Shown here in pieces: positions 1-9,790 of a stretch of 32,000 nucleotides of DNA (positions within the stretch are counted from its first letter, which is position 1; each line of letters opens with the position of its first letter). Below the pieces are notes generated by a model, which made no database searches, was not told the DNA's origin, and was given only the letters and a program-made list of their open reading frames with translations. Source of the DNA: Desulfobulbus propionicus DSM 2032 (GTDB lineage Bacteria; Desulfobacterota; Desulfobulbia; Desulfobulbales; Desulfobulbaceae); contig NC_014972.1 of assembly GCF_000186885.1 (NCBI RefSeq), forward strand, positions 900,001 to 932,000, written 5' to 3'. Position numbers and translations under genes: made by a program.

Positions 1-359
1 AGGGCATGATCCTGAACCTGGCCCTGAGTTATGGCGGCCGCAGCGAAATTGTCGGGGCGGCGAGGGAGCTAGCCCGACAATGCCAGCAAGGGCGATTGGA
101 TTGGCAGGACATCTCCGAGAGTACTCTCGGCGAGTATCTGTTCACCGCTGGTCAATCCGATCCCGATTTGCTGATTCGTACCGGGGGTGAACATCGCCTG
201 TCCAATTTCCTTCTTTGGCAGGCCTCCTACGCGGAACTGTATTTTACCGAGGTCAAGTGGCCTGATTTCAGGAAGGAACAATTCTTGGAAGCCATCCAAA
301 CATTTCAGCACCGACAGCGACGTTTTGGCAAAACCGGTGCACAACTGCAGGCAGAGTAG
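1..359 (+). CDS. uppS: Undecaprenyl-diphosphate synthase (cis-prenyltransferase), C-terminal part; 5' end lies outside the window
   Basis: The reading frame is open to the window edge. The translation (LLIRTGGEHRLSNFLLWQASYAELYF ... RRFG) carries the conserved C-terminal UppS motifs. It sits in the conserved uppS-cdsA-dxr-rseP neighbourhood. Confidence 0.9.
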   Translation, partial: GMILNLALSYGGRSEIVGAARELARQCQQGRLDWQDISESTLGEYLFTAGQSDPDLLIRTGGEHRLSNFLLWQASYAELYFTEVKWPDFRKEQFLEAIQTFQHRQRRFGKTGAQLQAE

Positions 360-365
360 GCCGCG

Positions 366-1160
366 ATGAATCGTGTGATCCCAGGGGTGCTCATGGCCGT
401 CGGCTGGGTGCTTCTGCTTTTTTGGGGCTCGGCTGCATTGTTTTGGGGGGTAGGGGTCTGCGGAGCCGGTATCGCCCTCCACGAGTATTTTCGCATGACC
501 TGTCCCACCTTGACAGGTCCCCGTCTTGCGACAACGCTGTTGCTTTCCCTGTTGCCGGTTCTTGCCGCGCTGTCCGGTTCGGGCGAGGCTGTCTTGGCCG
601 CTCTGGTGGCCAGCCTCATGGCGATCGTCGCGATGGCTCTTCACGGATATACCGTTATTCCGGATGTGTTTCGTTACCTCTGTGTCAGCGGTTTTGCCAG
701 TCTTTATATCGCGGTCTGTCTGGCCCATGTGGTGCTCATTCGCTTTCTGCCCCAGGGGCCCTTCTGGTTGATCTTGCTGATCGCCATTGTCGCCGGTTCT
801 GATACCGGTGCCTATTACGCCGGCAAGACATTTGGCAAACGCAAACTTTTCCCGCAAATTAGCCCGAAGAAGACCATAGCCGGTGGCGTGGGCGGTCTTG
901 TTTTCGGTATTGCCGCCGCCGAGGGCATCAACCTGCTGTTTCCCGAGAAAACCGACCCCCTCCTGCTTCTCCCAGTGGCCGCCCTGCTCATCGTGGTGGG
1001 CATTGTCGGTGATCTGACCGAATCGATGATTAAACGCTCGGTGGGCGTCAAGGATTCGGGCACCATTCTTCTTGGTCACGGCGGATTGCTCGATCGCATT
1101 GACAGCTTGTTGCTTACCGGGCCCGTGCTTTACTACTTGCTCCGCTTGGGCGTGCTTTGA
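366..1160 (+). CDS. cdsA: Phosphatidate cytidylyltransferase (CDP-diglyceride synthase)
   Basis: ATG at 366. The product is a 264-aa polytopic hydrophobic protein with the C-terminal CdsA signature [28 protein letters not shown]. Synteny with uppS and dxr supports the call. Confidence 0.9.
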   Translation: MNRVIPGVLMAVGWVLLLFWGSAALFWGVGVCGAGIALHEYFRMTCPTLTGPRLATTLLLSLLPVLAALSGSGEAVLAALVASLMAIVAMALHGYTVIPDVFRYLCVSGFASLYIAVCLAHVVLIRFLPQGPFWLILLIAIVAGSDTGAYYAGKTFGKRKLFPQISPKKTIAGGVGGLVFGIAAAEGINLLFPEKTDPLLLLPVAALLIVVGIVGDLTESMIKRSVGVKDSGTILLGHGGLLDRIDSLLLTGPVLYYLLRLGVL

Positions 1161-2314
1161 TGAAGGCGTTATCCTTGCTGGGATCGACCGGGTCCATCGG
1201 CACCAATGTGCTGGCGGTGGTGCGACAGTTTCCCGAACAGTTCCGGATTGTAGGCCTTGCGGCCGGCCGCAATGTCGCCCTGTTGGCCGAGCAGGTGCTG
1301 GAGTTTCAGCCGGAATGCATTTCGGTGGCTGAGCCAGCGTTAGTCTCCCCTCTTGCACAACGGCTGCCCCCGTCCTATCATTCCCGTATCGTTTGCGGGA
1401 CCGAGGGCAACTGCGCGGTGGCCTCGCTAGCCTCTGCTCACATGGTGGTTTCTGCCGTGGTTGGTGCGATTGGCCTGCTGCCAGCCTTGACCGCCATTCG
1501 GGCTGGCAAGGATGTGGGCCTGGCCAACAAGGAAACCTTGGTCATGGCTGGTCGACTGGTGATGCGGTCTGCACAGCAGCATAAGGTTCAGTTGCTGCCC
1601 ATTGATTCCGAACACAGCGCCATCTTTCAAGCCTTGGAGGCTGGACGCAAACAGGACGTGGCCCGGATTATTCTCACCGCCTCCGGTGGTCCGTTTCGGA
1701 CCTGGAGCAAGGACGATCTGGCAACCGCTGCCCCCGCGCAGGCTCTTGCCCACCCCAATTGGAGTATGGGGCGCAAGATCTCCATCGATTCCGCAACGTT
1801 GATGAACAAGGGGCTTGAAGTAATCGAGGCCCGCTGGCTTTTTGACGTCGAACCTGAGCAAATCGAGGTAGTGGTGCATCCGCAATCGATTGTTCATTCA
1901 CTGGTGGAATATCAGGACGGTTCGGTGGTTGCCCAGTTAGGGATCCCGGATATGCGGATCCCCATCGCCTATGCGCTGTCCTATCCCAAGCGGCTTGAAT
2001 TGGGCCTTTCACGGCTTGATCTGGCGCAGTGCGGTGGGCTTGCCTTTGAACAACCCGATCATGAACGATTTCCGGCCCTGCGCATGGCCTATGACGCCTT
2101 GGCAATGGGCGGCGTTAAACCGGCTGTTCTTAATGCCGCCAACGAGGTTGCCGTCGAGGCCTTCCTCAACGGCCGGATTGGTTTCACCCGCATCGCCGAA
2201 GTGGTTGACAGGGCTTTGCAGGAGACCGCCCAAGGGGATGAACTGGACCTGGACGCCATTCTCGCGGCTGACCAGGCAGCCCGTGCCATGGTCACCCGTG
2301 CGCTCCAGGCCTGA
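1160..2314 (+). CDS. dxr: 1-deoxy-D-xylulose 5-phosphate reductoisomerase
   Basis: N-terminal NADPH-binding motif LLGSTGSIG, plus LANKE and the SEHSAIFQ and HPNWSMG motifs typical of Dxr. The ATG at 1160 overlaps the cdsA TGA by 1 nt (TGATG). The track start at 1157 is a TTG one codon upstream. Confidence 0.93.
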   Translation: MKALSLLGSTGSIGTNVLAVVRQFPEQFRIVGLAAGRNVALLAEQVLEFQPECISVAEPALVSPLAQRLPPSYHSRIVCGTEGNCAVASLASAHMVVSAVVGAIGLLPALTAIRAGKDVGLANKETLVMAGRLVMRSAQQHKVQLLPIDSEHSAIFQALEAGRKQDVARIILTASGGPFRTWSKDDLATAAPAQALAHPNWSMGRKISIDSATLMNKGLEVIEARWLFDVEPEQIEVVVHPQSIVHSLVEYQDGSVVAQLGIPDMRIPIAYALSYPKRLELGLSRLDLAQCGGLAFEQPDHERFPALRMAYDALAMGGVKPAVLNAANEVAVEAFLNGRIGFTRIAEVVDRALQETAQGDELDLDAILAADQAARAMVTRALQA

Positions 2315-2381
2315 ACTCATCCGCGATTGTCGACCGCAACCCTCTCGTTTTTTCTGTTAGTGACTATTCCGTAGGTTGTTC

Positions 2382-3467
2382 ATGAATTCCGTTCTGTCAT
2401 TCATTCTCGTTCTTGGCGTACTCATTTTTGTGCACGAACTCGGCCATTTCTTGCTGGCAAAGGCCTTTGGCGTCAGGGTCCTTAAATTTTCCCTCGGCTT
2501 TGGCAACAAACTGGTCGGAAAGAAATGGGGGGAGACCGAGTACCTGATCAGCGCCTTTCCCCTTGGCGGGTACGTGAAAATGTACGGAGAGCAGCAGGAG
2601 GAAGAAGTTCTTCCCGAAGACCGACATCGTTCTTTTTCCCATAAACCGGTGTGGCAGCGTTTTGGCATTGTTTTTGGCGGACCGCTGTTCAATCTCCTGT
2701 TTGCCGTGGGATTGTTTTTTCTGCTGTTTGTCGTCGCGGGCATGCCTGAACCGGTGGATTCCACCAAGATCGGTGAAGTCAACCCCGAATCGGCCGCCGC
2801 GCAGGCAGGGCTGAAGGCCGGCGATGCGGTGTTGTCCATCAACGGTAAGCCGACGACCTCCTGGGAGCATGTCTCAGAGGCTATCAGGGACAGCCAGGGC
2901 AACGAGGTGACCCTGGTGGTGCTCCGTGAGGGACAGGAATTGACCATAGGCGCCAAACCCACCATCCGCGAGGTGAAGAACCTGTTCGGCGAGACCACAG
3001 GCGAGCGGTACATGCTTGGAATCGTTCGCAGCGAGGAAATCCGTTACGTGGATGCGTCGATCGCAGAGTCGGCCAAAGCCGCTGTGGTGCAAACCTGGAA
3101 TCTCGGCTATCTGACAGTGATGGGCATTGTCAAGATGATCCAGCGGGTGATCCCGGCCAGTGAATTGGGGGGGCCGATCCGCATCGCCGAACTGGCCGGC
3201 CAGCAGTTGGAGGCCGGATGGATGAACCTGTTGTATTTCATGGGCCTGCTGAGCGTCAACTTGGGTATTCTCAACCTGCTGCCCATTCCGGTACTCGATG
3301 GCGGCCATCTGGTGTTTCTTTCCCTGGAAGCGGTTCGCCGCCGGCCCTTGAGCGAGCGAACCATGGAAATCAGCCAGCGGGTCGGCATCGCCATCCTCGG
3401 GACGCTGATGATTTTTGTCTTCTACAATGATATTCTCCGGCTGGTCAAACGATGGCTGATGTCCTGA
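2382..3467 (+). CDS. rseP: RIP site-2 zinc metalloprotease (RseP family), single PDZ-like insert
   Basis: HELGHF zinc motif in the first hydrophobic helix, a PDZ-like stretch (AQAGLKAGDAVLSINGKP), and the C-terminal NLLPIPVLDGGH motif. ATG at 2382 gives MNSVLSFILVLGVLIFVHELGHF. The track start at 2376 is a TTG. Confidence 0.9.
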   Translation: MNSVLSFILVLGVLIFVHELGHFLLAKAFGVRVLKFSLGFGNKLVGKKWGETEYLISAFPLGGYVKMYGEQQEEEVLPEDRHRSFSHKPVWQRFGIVFGGPLFNLLFAVGLFFLLFVVAGMPEPVDSTKIGEVNPESAAAQAGLKAGDAVLSINGKPTTSWEHVSEAIRDSQGNEVTLVVLREGQELTIGAKPTIREVKNLFGETTGERYMLGIVRSEEIRYVDASIAESAKAAVVQTWNLGYLTVMGIVKMIQRVIPASELGGPIRIAELAGQQLEAGWMNLLYFMGLLSVNLGILNLLPIPVLDGGHLVFLSLEAVRRRPLSERTMEISQRVGIAILGTLMIFVFYNDILRLVKRWLMS

Positions 3468-4156
3468 TCCTGGCGATCGAGACCGCAACCGGATGCGGCG
3501 GAGTCGCCTTGACCAAGGGAGACAGGGCAAACGGCAAGGTCTTGGCCGAATACACCCTCCAACCCGAGCAGACCCACTCCCGCCGCCTGCTGGGGTCCGT
3601 GGCGACGATGATGGCGGCGGTTGGCGTCGGGTGGGCCGAGCTTGACGCCGTGGCCGTCAGTTTGGGCCCGGGATCCTTTACCGGTCTTCGGATCGGCTTG
3701 GCGGCAGCCAAGGGGATCGCCATGGCTGCCCGGCGGCCTCTACTCGGCGTGCCGACCCTCGATGGACTGGCCGCGCAGGTGGCAGCCAGCGAATTGCCGC
3801 TCTGCTGTCTCCTGGATGCGCGAAAGCAGCAGGTGTATGCCGCCTTTTACCGTGTCGACGGACAGTCGCAATACCTGCGGACCAGCGAATTTCTCGTCCT
3901 GTCGGCCGAGCAATTGGTCGCCTCCATCCAAGAGCCGACCCTGGTGGTTGGCCCGGGGGTCAGAGCCTGCCAGCCGCAGCTTGCCAGCCATCCCCAGGCA
4001 CGGCTGGTCGCCACCGCCATGTTGCATCCACGGGCCGCCGTCGTCGGCCTGTGCGCGGCCTCCATGTTGATCCAAGGGCAGGCGGACGTGGACGCGGACA
4101 ACCTCGTGCCCCTCTATGTACGCGCCTCCGAGGCCGAATTGAGCCTACGGCATTAA
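3452..4156 (+). CDS. tsaB: tRNA t6A37 threonylcarbamoyl-transfer complex dimerisation subunit TsaB (YeaZ family)
   Basis: The N-terminus ILAIETATGCGGVAL and the motif SLGPGSFTGLRIGLAAAKG are typical of TsaB/YeaZ. The ATG at 3452 overlaps the rseP 3' end by 16 nt. Confidence 0.85.
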   Translation: MADVLILAIETATGCGGVALTKGDRANGKVLAEYTLQPEQTHSRRLLGSVATMMAAVGVGWAELDAVAVSLGPGSFTGLRIGLAAAKGIAMAARRPLLGVPTLDGLAAQVAASELPLCCLLDARKQQVYAAFYRVDGQSQYLRTSEFLVLSAEQLVASIQEPTLVVGPGVRACQPQLASHPQARLVATAMLHPRAAVVGLCAASMLIQGQADVDADNLVPLYVRASEAELSLRH

Positions 4157-4174
4157 AATCAGAGAGAGACAGCG

Positions 4175-5260
4175 ATGATTGAACGCAAGACAACGCGCCA
4201 GATTCATGTCGGGCCGGTGGCCATTGGTGGCGGGGCGCCCATTGCGGTGCAGTCAATGACCAACACCCTGACCAGCGAGGTCGAGGCCACCGTGGCCCAG
4301 ATTCGACGACTGGAGCAGGCCGGATGCGAGATTATCCGGGTGGCGGTTCCGGATCAAGCGGCGGCCGAGTCCATCACCGCCATCCGTGAGCAGATCACCA
4401 TCCCCCTGATTGCCGACATCCATTTCGATTCCCGTTTGGCGGTGGCTGCCATGGAGCATGGCGCCCAGGGCGTCCGCATCAATCCCGGCAATCTGGGTGG
4501 ACCGGACAAACTGGCGCGGGTGGTGGCCGCGGCCACGATGCACCGGGTACCCATCCGGGTCGGGGTCAATTCCGGCTCCATCGAGAAGGATCTGCTCAAG
4601 CAATTTGGTTACCCCACCCCGGAGCGCCCTGATGCGCTCATCGAAAGCGCGCTGGGCAATGTCCGTCTGCTGGAAGAGCAGGGATTTTTCGACATCAAGA
4701 TTTCGATTAAATCCTCGGACACCCTGACGACCATCGCCGGGTACCGCCAGTTGGCGCAGCGGACCGAGTATCCGCTCCACCTTGGGGTTACCGAGGCGGG
4801 GGGGCTGATCGCCGGTACGGTCAAATCGAGCGTAGCCCTGGGCATTCTGCTGTCCGAGGGGATCGGCGACACCTTTCGCATTTCCCTGACCCGCGACCCG
4901 GTGGAAGAGATTCGGGTCGGCTATGAACTGCTGCGCTCCTTGCGCATCCGCGAGCGCGGTCCCGAGCTGATCTCCTGCCCGACCTGCGGCCGCACCCGCA
5001 TCGATCTCTTTACCCTGGCCGAGCAGGTGGAGCAGCGGCTGCAGACCATGGAGAGCAACCTCAAGGTGGCGGTCATGGGCTGCGTGGTCAATGGTCCGGG
5101 CGAGGCGCGCGAGGCCGACATCGGCATTGCCGGCGGTCATGGGGTCGGCATTGTCTTTAAAAAAGGCGAAATTTATAAAAAGGTTCCGGAGGCGGATCTG
5201 CTGCCGGTCTTTCTTGAGGAACTGGAACGACTGGAAGCGGAGCGCAAAACCAAGGCGTGA
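4175..5260 (+). CDS. ispG: 4-hydroxy-3-methylbut-2-en-1-yl diphosphate synthase (flavodoxin), MEP pathway
   Basis: VQSMTNT near the N-terminus. The Fe-S ligand context matches GcpE/IspG: SCPTCGRT, then MGCVVNGPGEAREADIGIAGG. Confidence 0.95.
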   Translation: MIERKTTRQIHVGPVAIGGGAPIAVQSMTNTLTSEVEATVAQIRRLEQAGCEIIRVAVPDQAAAESITAIREQITIPLIADIHFDSRLAVAAMEHGAQGVRINPGNLGGPDKLARVVAAATMHRVPIRVGVNSGSIEKDLLKQFGYPTPERPDALIESALGNVRLLEEQGFFDIKISIKSSDTLTTIAGYRQLAQRTEYPLHLGVTEAGGLIAGTVKSSVALGILLSEGIGDTFRISLTRDPVEEIRVGYELLRSLRIRERGPELISCPTCGRTRIDLFTLAEQVEQRLQTMESNLKVAVMGCVVNGPGEAREADIGIAGGHGVGIVFKKGEIYKKVPEADLLPVFLEELERLEAERKTKA

Positions 5261-5323
5261 CCGAGACGCCGCCAACCGAACCGTCAACCTTATCCCTGAT
5301 TTCTATTCGAACGGAGATTCGAG

Positions 5324-7036
5324 ATGCGTTATTCACAGATGCTGTTGCCCACCACCAAGGAAACCCCGTCGGAGGCGGAGGTCGTCAGCCATCAGCTGTT
5401 GGTGCGGGGCGGATTCATTCGCAAACTGACTTCGGGCATGTACACCTACTTGCCCATGGGATTTCTCGCCCTGCAGAAGGTGACCGAGATCGTCCGCCAG
5501 GAGATGAACCGCGCCGGCGCCCAGGAGATTCTCATGCCCATGGTGCAGCCGGGCGATCTGTGGGAGGAGTCGGGGCGGTGGAAGAAGTATGGTCCGGAAC
5601 TGCTCCGCTTCCGTGATCGTCATGACCGCGATTACTGCCTCGGGCCGACCCACGAGGAGGTGGTGACCGATGTCGCCCGTCGCGAACTGCAATCCTACCG
5701 GCAGTTGCCGATCAATCTCTACCAGATCCAGACCAAGTTCCGCGACGAAATCCGGCCGCGTTTCGGCCTGATGCGCGGCCGCGAGTTCGTGATGAAGGAT
5801 GCCTATTCCTTTGACGTCGACGATGCCGGCGCCAGTCGCAGCTACGAGATCATGCGCCAGGCCTACCATCGCATCTTCGAGCGCTGCGGTCTGGAATTTC
5901 GCGCGGTCGAAGCCGACAGCGGCGCCATCGGCGGCTCCTTTTCCCATGAATTCATGGTGTTGGCCGAAACCGGCGAGGATACCCTGGTGATTTGCGAGTC
6001 CTGCAGTTATGCCGCCAATGTCGAGAAGGCAGCCATTGCCCTTGCCGAGGCCGCTCCTTCGATGGAAGTTCTGCGGGAGCTGGTCAAGGTCGAAACTCCC
6101 GGGATGAAGAAGGTCGACAAGGTGGCCGAGTTTCTCAAGGTGGAGCCGGCTGCGGTGATCAAGACCCTGTTCTACCTGGCCGACGGTGTGGTGGTGGCGG
6201 CCCTGGTGCGGGGCGATCGCGAGGTGCAGTCGGTCAAACTGAAGAACCTGCTGGGCGCCACCGATGTCGAGCCCCTGGACGAGGAGCAGATCTGGCAGCA
6301 GACCCGTCTGCCCGTGGGCTATCTCGGGCCGGTGGGCCTGGAGCTGAAGATGGTGGCCGACCAGGAGGTGATGCGCATGGTCAACGCCGTGGCCGGGGCC
6401 AACGAGAAGGGCTGCCATCTCACCGGCGTCAATCCGGGCCGCGATTTTACCCCCGATGTGGTCGGCGACCTGCGACAAATCACGGTGAATGACCGCTGCC
6501 CCGTCTGCGGCGGCGGCTTGCGGCTCAAGGAGGGTATCGAGGTCGGCCATATCTTCAAGCTCGGCACCAAATATTCCGAGGCCATGAAAGCCAACTTCCA
6601 GGACAGTGACGGCCAGGAAAAACCCTTTGTCATGGGTTGCTACGGTATCGGCGTCAGCCGGGTGGTGGCCGCGGCCATCGAGCAGAACCACGATGCCAAG
6701 GGTATCATCTTTCCGGTGCCGCTGGCCCCCTTCCAGGTGATTGTCCTCAACCTCGGCCCCAAGGATGAAGGCTACTGCACGGCGGCTGAAGACCTGTACA
6801 CTCAACTCCGGGCCCAGGGGTTGGACGTGCTTCTCGACGACCGTGACGAGCGGCCGGGGTCCAAATTTGCCGATGCCGATCTGCTCGGCATTCCCTACCG
6901 GCTTACCGTGGGCAAGACCTTCGAGAAGGAAGGCAAGGTGGAGATCCGTTCCCGCAAGACCGGGGAAACGCAGGTCCTCTCCCTGGAGGAGGCGACGGCA
7001 TATCTCGCCGAACGCGTTCACCTGGCTCTTTCCTGA
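5324..7036 (+). CDS. proS: Proline--tRNA ligase, bacterial type with insertion (editing) domain
   Basis: 570 aa. Class II aaRS motifs are present (FRDEIRPRFGLMRGREFVMKDAYSF; GCYGIGVSRVVAA), followed by a C-terminal anticodon-binding region. GGAG lies 8 nt upstream of the ATG. Confidence 0.95.
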   Translation: MRYSQMLLPTTKETPSEAEVVSHQLLVRGGFIRKLTSGMYTYLPMGFLALQKVTEIVRQEMNRAGAQEILMPMVQPGDLWEESGRWKKYGPELLRFRDRHDRDYCLGPTHEEVVTDVARRELQSYRQLPINLYQIQTKFRDEIRPRFGLMRGREFVMKDAYSFDVDDAGASRSYEIMRQAYHRIFERCGLEFRAVEADSGAIGGSFSHEFMVLAETGEDTLVICESCSYAANVEKAAIALAEAAPSMEVLRELVKVETPGMKKVDKVAEFLKVEPAAVIKTLFYLADGVVVAALVRGDREVQSVKLKNLLGATDVEPLDEEQIWQQTRLPVGYLGPVGLELKMVADQEVMRMVNAVAGANEKGCHLTGVNPGRDFTPDVVGDLRQITVNDRCPVCGGGLRLKEGIEVGHIFKLGTKYSEAMKANFQDSDGQEKPFVMGCYGIGVSRVVAAAIEQNHDAKGIIFPVPLAPFQVIVLNLGPKDEGYCTAAEDLYTQLRAQGLDVLLDDRDERPGSKFADADLLGIPYRLTVGKTFEKEGKVEIRSRKTGETQVLSLEEATAYLAERVHLALS

Positions 7037-7075
7037 TTCCGGAGCTCGCCTCCATCGACTGGAAACCGCGTAACC

Positions 7076-9241
7076 ATGCCGAACATTCAACCGCTTCTCT
7101 CCCTGGCTTCCGGGTATTTGCACGGGGTCGACCTGACGCCGCTTGCCAAGGCCTACGAGTTCGTCTGCGAACGCCACGCCGGCCAGTATTACGATACCGG
7201 CGAACCCTATGTCGATCATCTCCTGGCCGTGGCTTCGAGCCTGGCCTCGATGAAGCTCGACCTGGACACCATTGTCGCCGGTCTGCTCCACGGCACGCTC
7301 AAGGAGCAGGTGGCCACCCATGAGGAACTGAAAAAAAAGTTCGGCAACGATGTCGCCAATATCGTCGATGGCGCCACCCGCATCACCAACGTCCGCTACA
7401 ACTCGCAGCTGGCCCACGAGGCGGAGAACATTCGCAAGCTGCTCCTGGCCATGGGCGCGGATATCCGCGTGCTTCTGGTCAAACTGGCTGACCGTCTGCA
7501 GGACATGCTCAACCTCGATGCGGTCAGGGAGGAAGAAAGGCGGGCCAAGTCACGGGAGACCATGGACCTCTATGCGCCGCTGGCCAGTCGTATCGGTATC
7601 GAATGGCTGAAGCGCGAGCTGGAGGATCTGGCCTTCAAGTATCTGCTGCCGGTGGAATATGCTGACCTGACCGCCCACCTGGAGAGCACCCTGGCCGAGC
7701 GTCAGGCCTACGTGGACGAGGTTATCGAGATCCTGCACGAAAAGCTGCGGGCCAACAAGATCGTGCCGGTGCGGATCATCGGCCGGCCCAAGCACATCTA
7801 CTCGATCTACAAGAAGCTGGTGGCCCAACGCATTCCCCTGGAGCGGGTCTACGACAAGGTGGCCTTCCGCATCATCGTCCGCACGGTCAAGGAGTGCTAC
7901 CAGGCCCTGGGCACGGTGCATGCCGACTGGACGCCGGTGCCCGGACGGATCAAGGACTGGATCAGCGCGCCCAAGTCCAACAACTATCAGTCGTTGCACA
8001 CCACAGTCGCCGGACCGCACGGCCATTTCATCGAGATTCAGATCCGTACCGAGGAGATGGATCGGGTGGCCCAGGAGGGCGTGGCCGCCCATTGGGCCTA
8101 CAAGGAGGGGCAGAAGATCACCAGCGGTGATGCCCGGCTGTTCAAGGAGATCAAGAGGCTGGTGCAGTCGCTGCAGGAGGTCGAGGACCCGGGCGAATTC
8201 ATGGAATCGTTGCGCGGCGAACTGTTCGAACCCGATGTCTTCGCCCTGACTCCCACCGGCGAGGTGCGCGAACTGCCCCGAGGGAGTACGCCGATCGATT
8301 TCGCCTATTCGATTCATTCGGCGGTCGGCGACACCTGTGTCGGCGCCAAGGTCAACGGTCAGATCGTCCAGCTCAAGCATGAACTGCAGAGCGGCGACAT
8401 CGTCGAGATCCTCACCCAGAAGAACCAGCACCCCCGCCGTGCCTGGTTGCAGCTGGTCAAGACCAGCCGGGCCCGCACCCGCATCCGCCAGTACCTGCGA
8501 CGCGAGGAAAAGGAACGCTCGCTCAAGCTCGGCCGGGAGATCTGCGAGCGGGAACTGAAGAAGTACGATGTCAACCTGCGCGGTCTGCTCAAGAGCGGCC
8601 ATTTGCGTCTGCTGCTCAAGCAGCTCAACTGCAGCTCGCTGGAGGACATGCTCGTGCGGGTGGGCAGCGGCTCGATCACCGTGCCCCATCTCATCCGGAC
8701 CCTGCAGCCTGAAGAATTTCGCGAGGCCGAGGAGAAACGGCGGATCGCGGAGATGGTCGAGCGGGCGCAGCGCGCCGCCGAGGAGAGCCGGGCTGGCGCC
8801 ACCCGAAGCGACATCATCGACATTGACGGCGTCGACAACATGCTGGTCAAGATCAGTCAATGTTGCCGGCCGGTCCCCGGCGATCCGATCATCGGTTTCA
8901 TCACCACCGGTTCCGGCATCTCGGTGCACAAGGCCGACTGCCACAACCTGCAGGCCACCGATCCCACCCGCTGGCTGGAGGTTTCCTGGGCCGGTTCGCC
9001 GCAGAGCACCCACCGGGCCGGACTGCTGATCCGGGCCGAGAATCGCAAGAATCTGCTGGCCGATATCAGTGGCACCATCAGCGCCGACGATGCCGATATC
9101 GTCGAGCTGAACGCCCGTACCACGGTGGAAAACATCGCCGAATTGGAGGTGCTGCTTGAAGTGGTCAATCTCAAACACCTGCAGCTCCTGCAGCAACACC
9201 TGCTGCAGATGCCGGAGGTGATCGAGGTCCGGCGGAGATAG
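7076..9241 (+). CDS. relA: Long RelA/SpoT homologue ((p)ppGpp synthetase; the hydrolase-like N-domain appears degenerate, see findings)
   Basis: 721 aa. Synthetase motifs are present: GRPKHIYSIYKKL, RIKDWISAPKSNNYQSLHTTV, EIQIRTEEMDRVAQEGVAAHWAYKEG. A TGS-like region (VFALTPTGEVRELPRGSTPIDFAYSIHSAVG) and a C-terminal ACT-like region follow. Confidence 0.9.
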   Translation: MPNIQPLLSLASGYLHGVDLTPLAKAYEFVCERHAGQYYDTGEPYVDHLLAVASSLASMKLDLDTIVAGLLHGTLKEQVATHEELKKKFGNDVANIVDGATRITNVRYNSQLAHEAENIRKLLLAMGADIRVLLVKLADRLQDMLNLDAVREEERRAKSRETMDLYAPLASRIGIEWLKRELEDLAFKYLLPVEYADLTAHLESTLAERQAYVDEVIEILHEKLRANKIVPVRIIGRPKHIYSIYKKLVAQRIPLERVYDKVAFRIIVRTVKECYQALGTVHADWTPVPGRIKDWISAPKSNNYQSLHTTVAGPHGHFIEIQIRTEEMDRVAQEGVAAHWAYKEGQKITSGDARLFKEIKRLVQSLQEVEDPGEFMESLRGELFEPDVFALTPTGEVRELPRGSTPIDFAYSIHSAVGDTCVGAKVNGQIVQLKHELQSGDIVEILTQKNQHPRRAWLQLVKTSRARTRIRQYLRREEKERSLKLGREICERELKKYDVNLRGLLKSGHLRLLLKQLNCSSLEDMLVRVGSGSITVPHLIRTLQPEEFREAEEKRRIAEMVERAQRAAEESRAGATRSDIIDIDGVDNMLVKISQCCRPVPGDPIIGFITTGSGISVHKADCHNLQATDPTRWLEVSWAGSPQSTHRAGLLIRAENRKNLLADISGTISADDADIVELNARTTVENIAELEVLLEVVNLKHLQLLQQHLLQMPEVIEVRRR

Positions 9242-9272
9242 CAGACGCCGTGTGCGCGGGAAGAGGGGCGTG

Positions 9273-9722
9273 ATGGGAGTGACGCTCTGTTCGGTATGCG
9301 GCAACGAGGTTGCACCTGGGCCGTTGCAGTGCCCGTACTGCCAGGCCGCGTGTGGCGTCAACCTGCCACGCCCTGCCGAGGTGCTGCACCGCCAGGTCAA
9401 TTTGAAACAGGGCATGCCGCTGGTCCAGCAGGCGCTCGATCGCCTGGAAAGTGCAATTCGCCAGAACGCCGCCGAAGGGTGCAAGGTCTTGACCCTGATT
9501 CACGGCTACGGTTCAAGCGGCACCGGCGGGGCGATCAAGACCGCTGTCCAGCACCAGTTGCAGTTCCTGCGGCATCAGGGTCGGATCGAGGCGATTATTC
9601 CCGGGGAACACTTTGAAGGCCGCTCCGGCCGCGGCCGTCAGTTGTTGCGCCGCTTTCCCTTTCTCGCTGCCCACCGTGATCTCAATCGCGCCAACCCCGG
9701 CGTTACCCTGGTCGTACTGTAA
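9273..9722 (+). CDS. Smr-domain protein with N-terminal zinc ribbon
   Basis: CSVCGNEVAPGPLQCPYC (CxxC-x10-CxxC) is followed by an Smr-like core (LTLIHGYGSSGTGGAIK). The ATG at 9273 is preceded by AGAGGGG. The track start at 9252 is a GTG seven codons upstream. Confidence 0.75.
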   Translation: MGVTLCSVCGNEVAPGPLQCPYCQAACGVNLPRPAEVLHRQVNLKQGMPLVQQALDRLESAIRQNAAEGCKVLTLIHGYGSSGTGGAIKTAVQHQLQFLRHQGRIEAIIPGEHFEGRSGRGRQLLRRFPFLAAHRDLNRANPGVTLVVL

Positions 9723-9790
9723 CCGATAGTCTTACCGTGCCGAGGTGGTCCCGGTGTCATCCAGAGCAATAGATCAACCAAGGAGGATGT

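Noticed and set aside
69-1358. A 429-aa ORF antisense to uppS/cdsA/dxr. Similar long antisense or off-frame ORFs lie at 5333-7417(-), 7550-9484(-), 16565-18418(-), 18530-20986(-), 21337-22554(-), 23781-24824(-) and 27624-30350(+).
   Set aside because: Each lies opposite a gene with clear family motifs. Their translations are low-complexity and rich in Arg, Gly, Pro and Ala, with no recognisable motifs. This is typical of stop-codon-poor shadow frames in GC-rich DNA.
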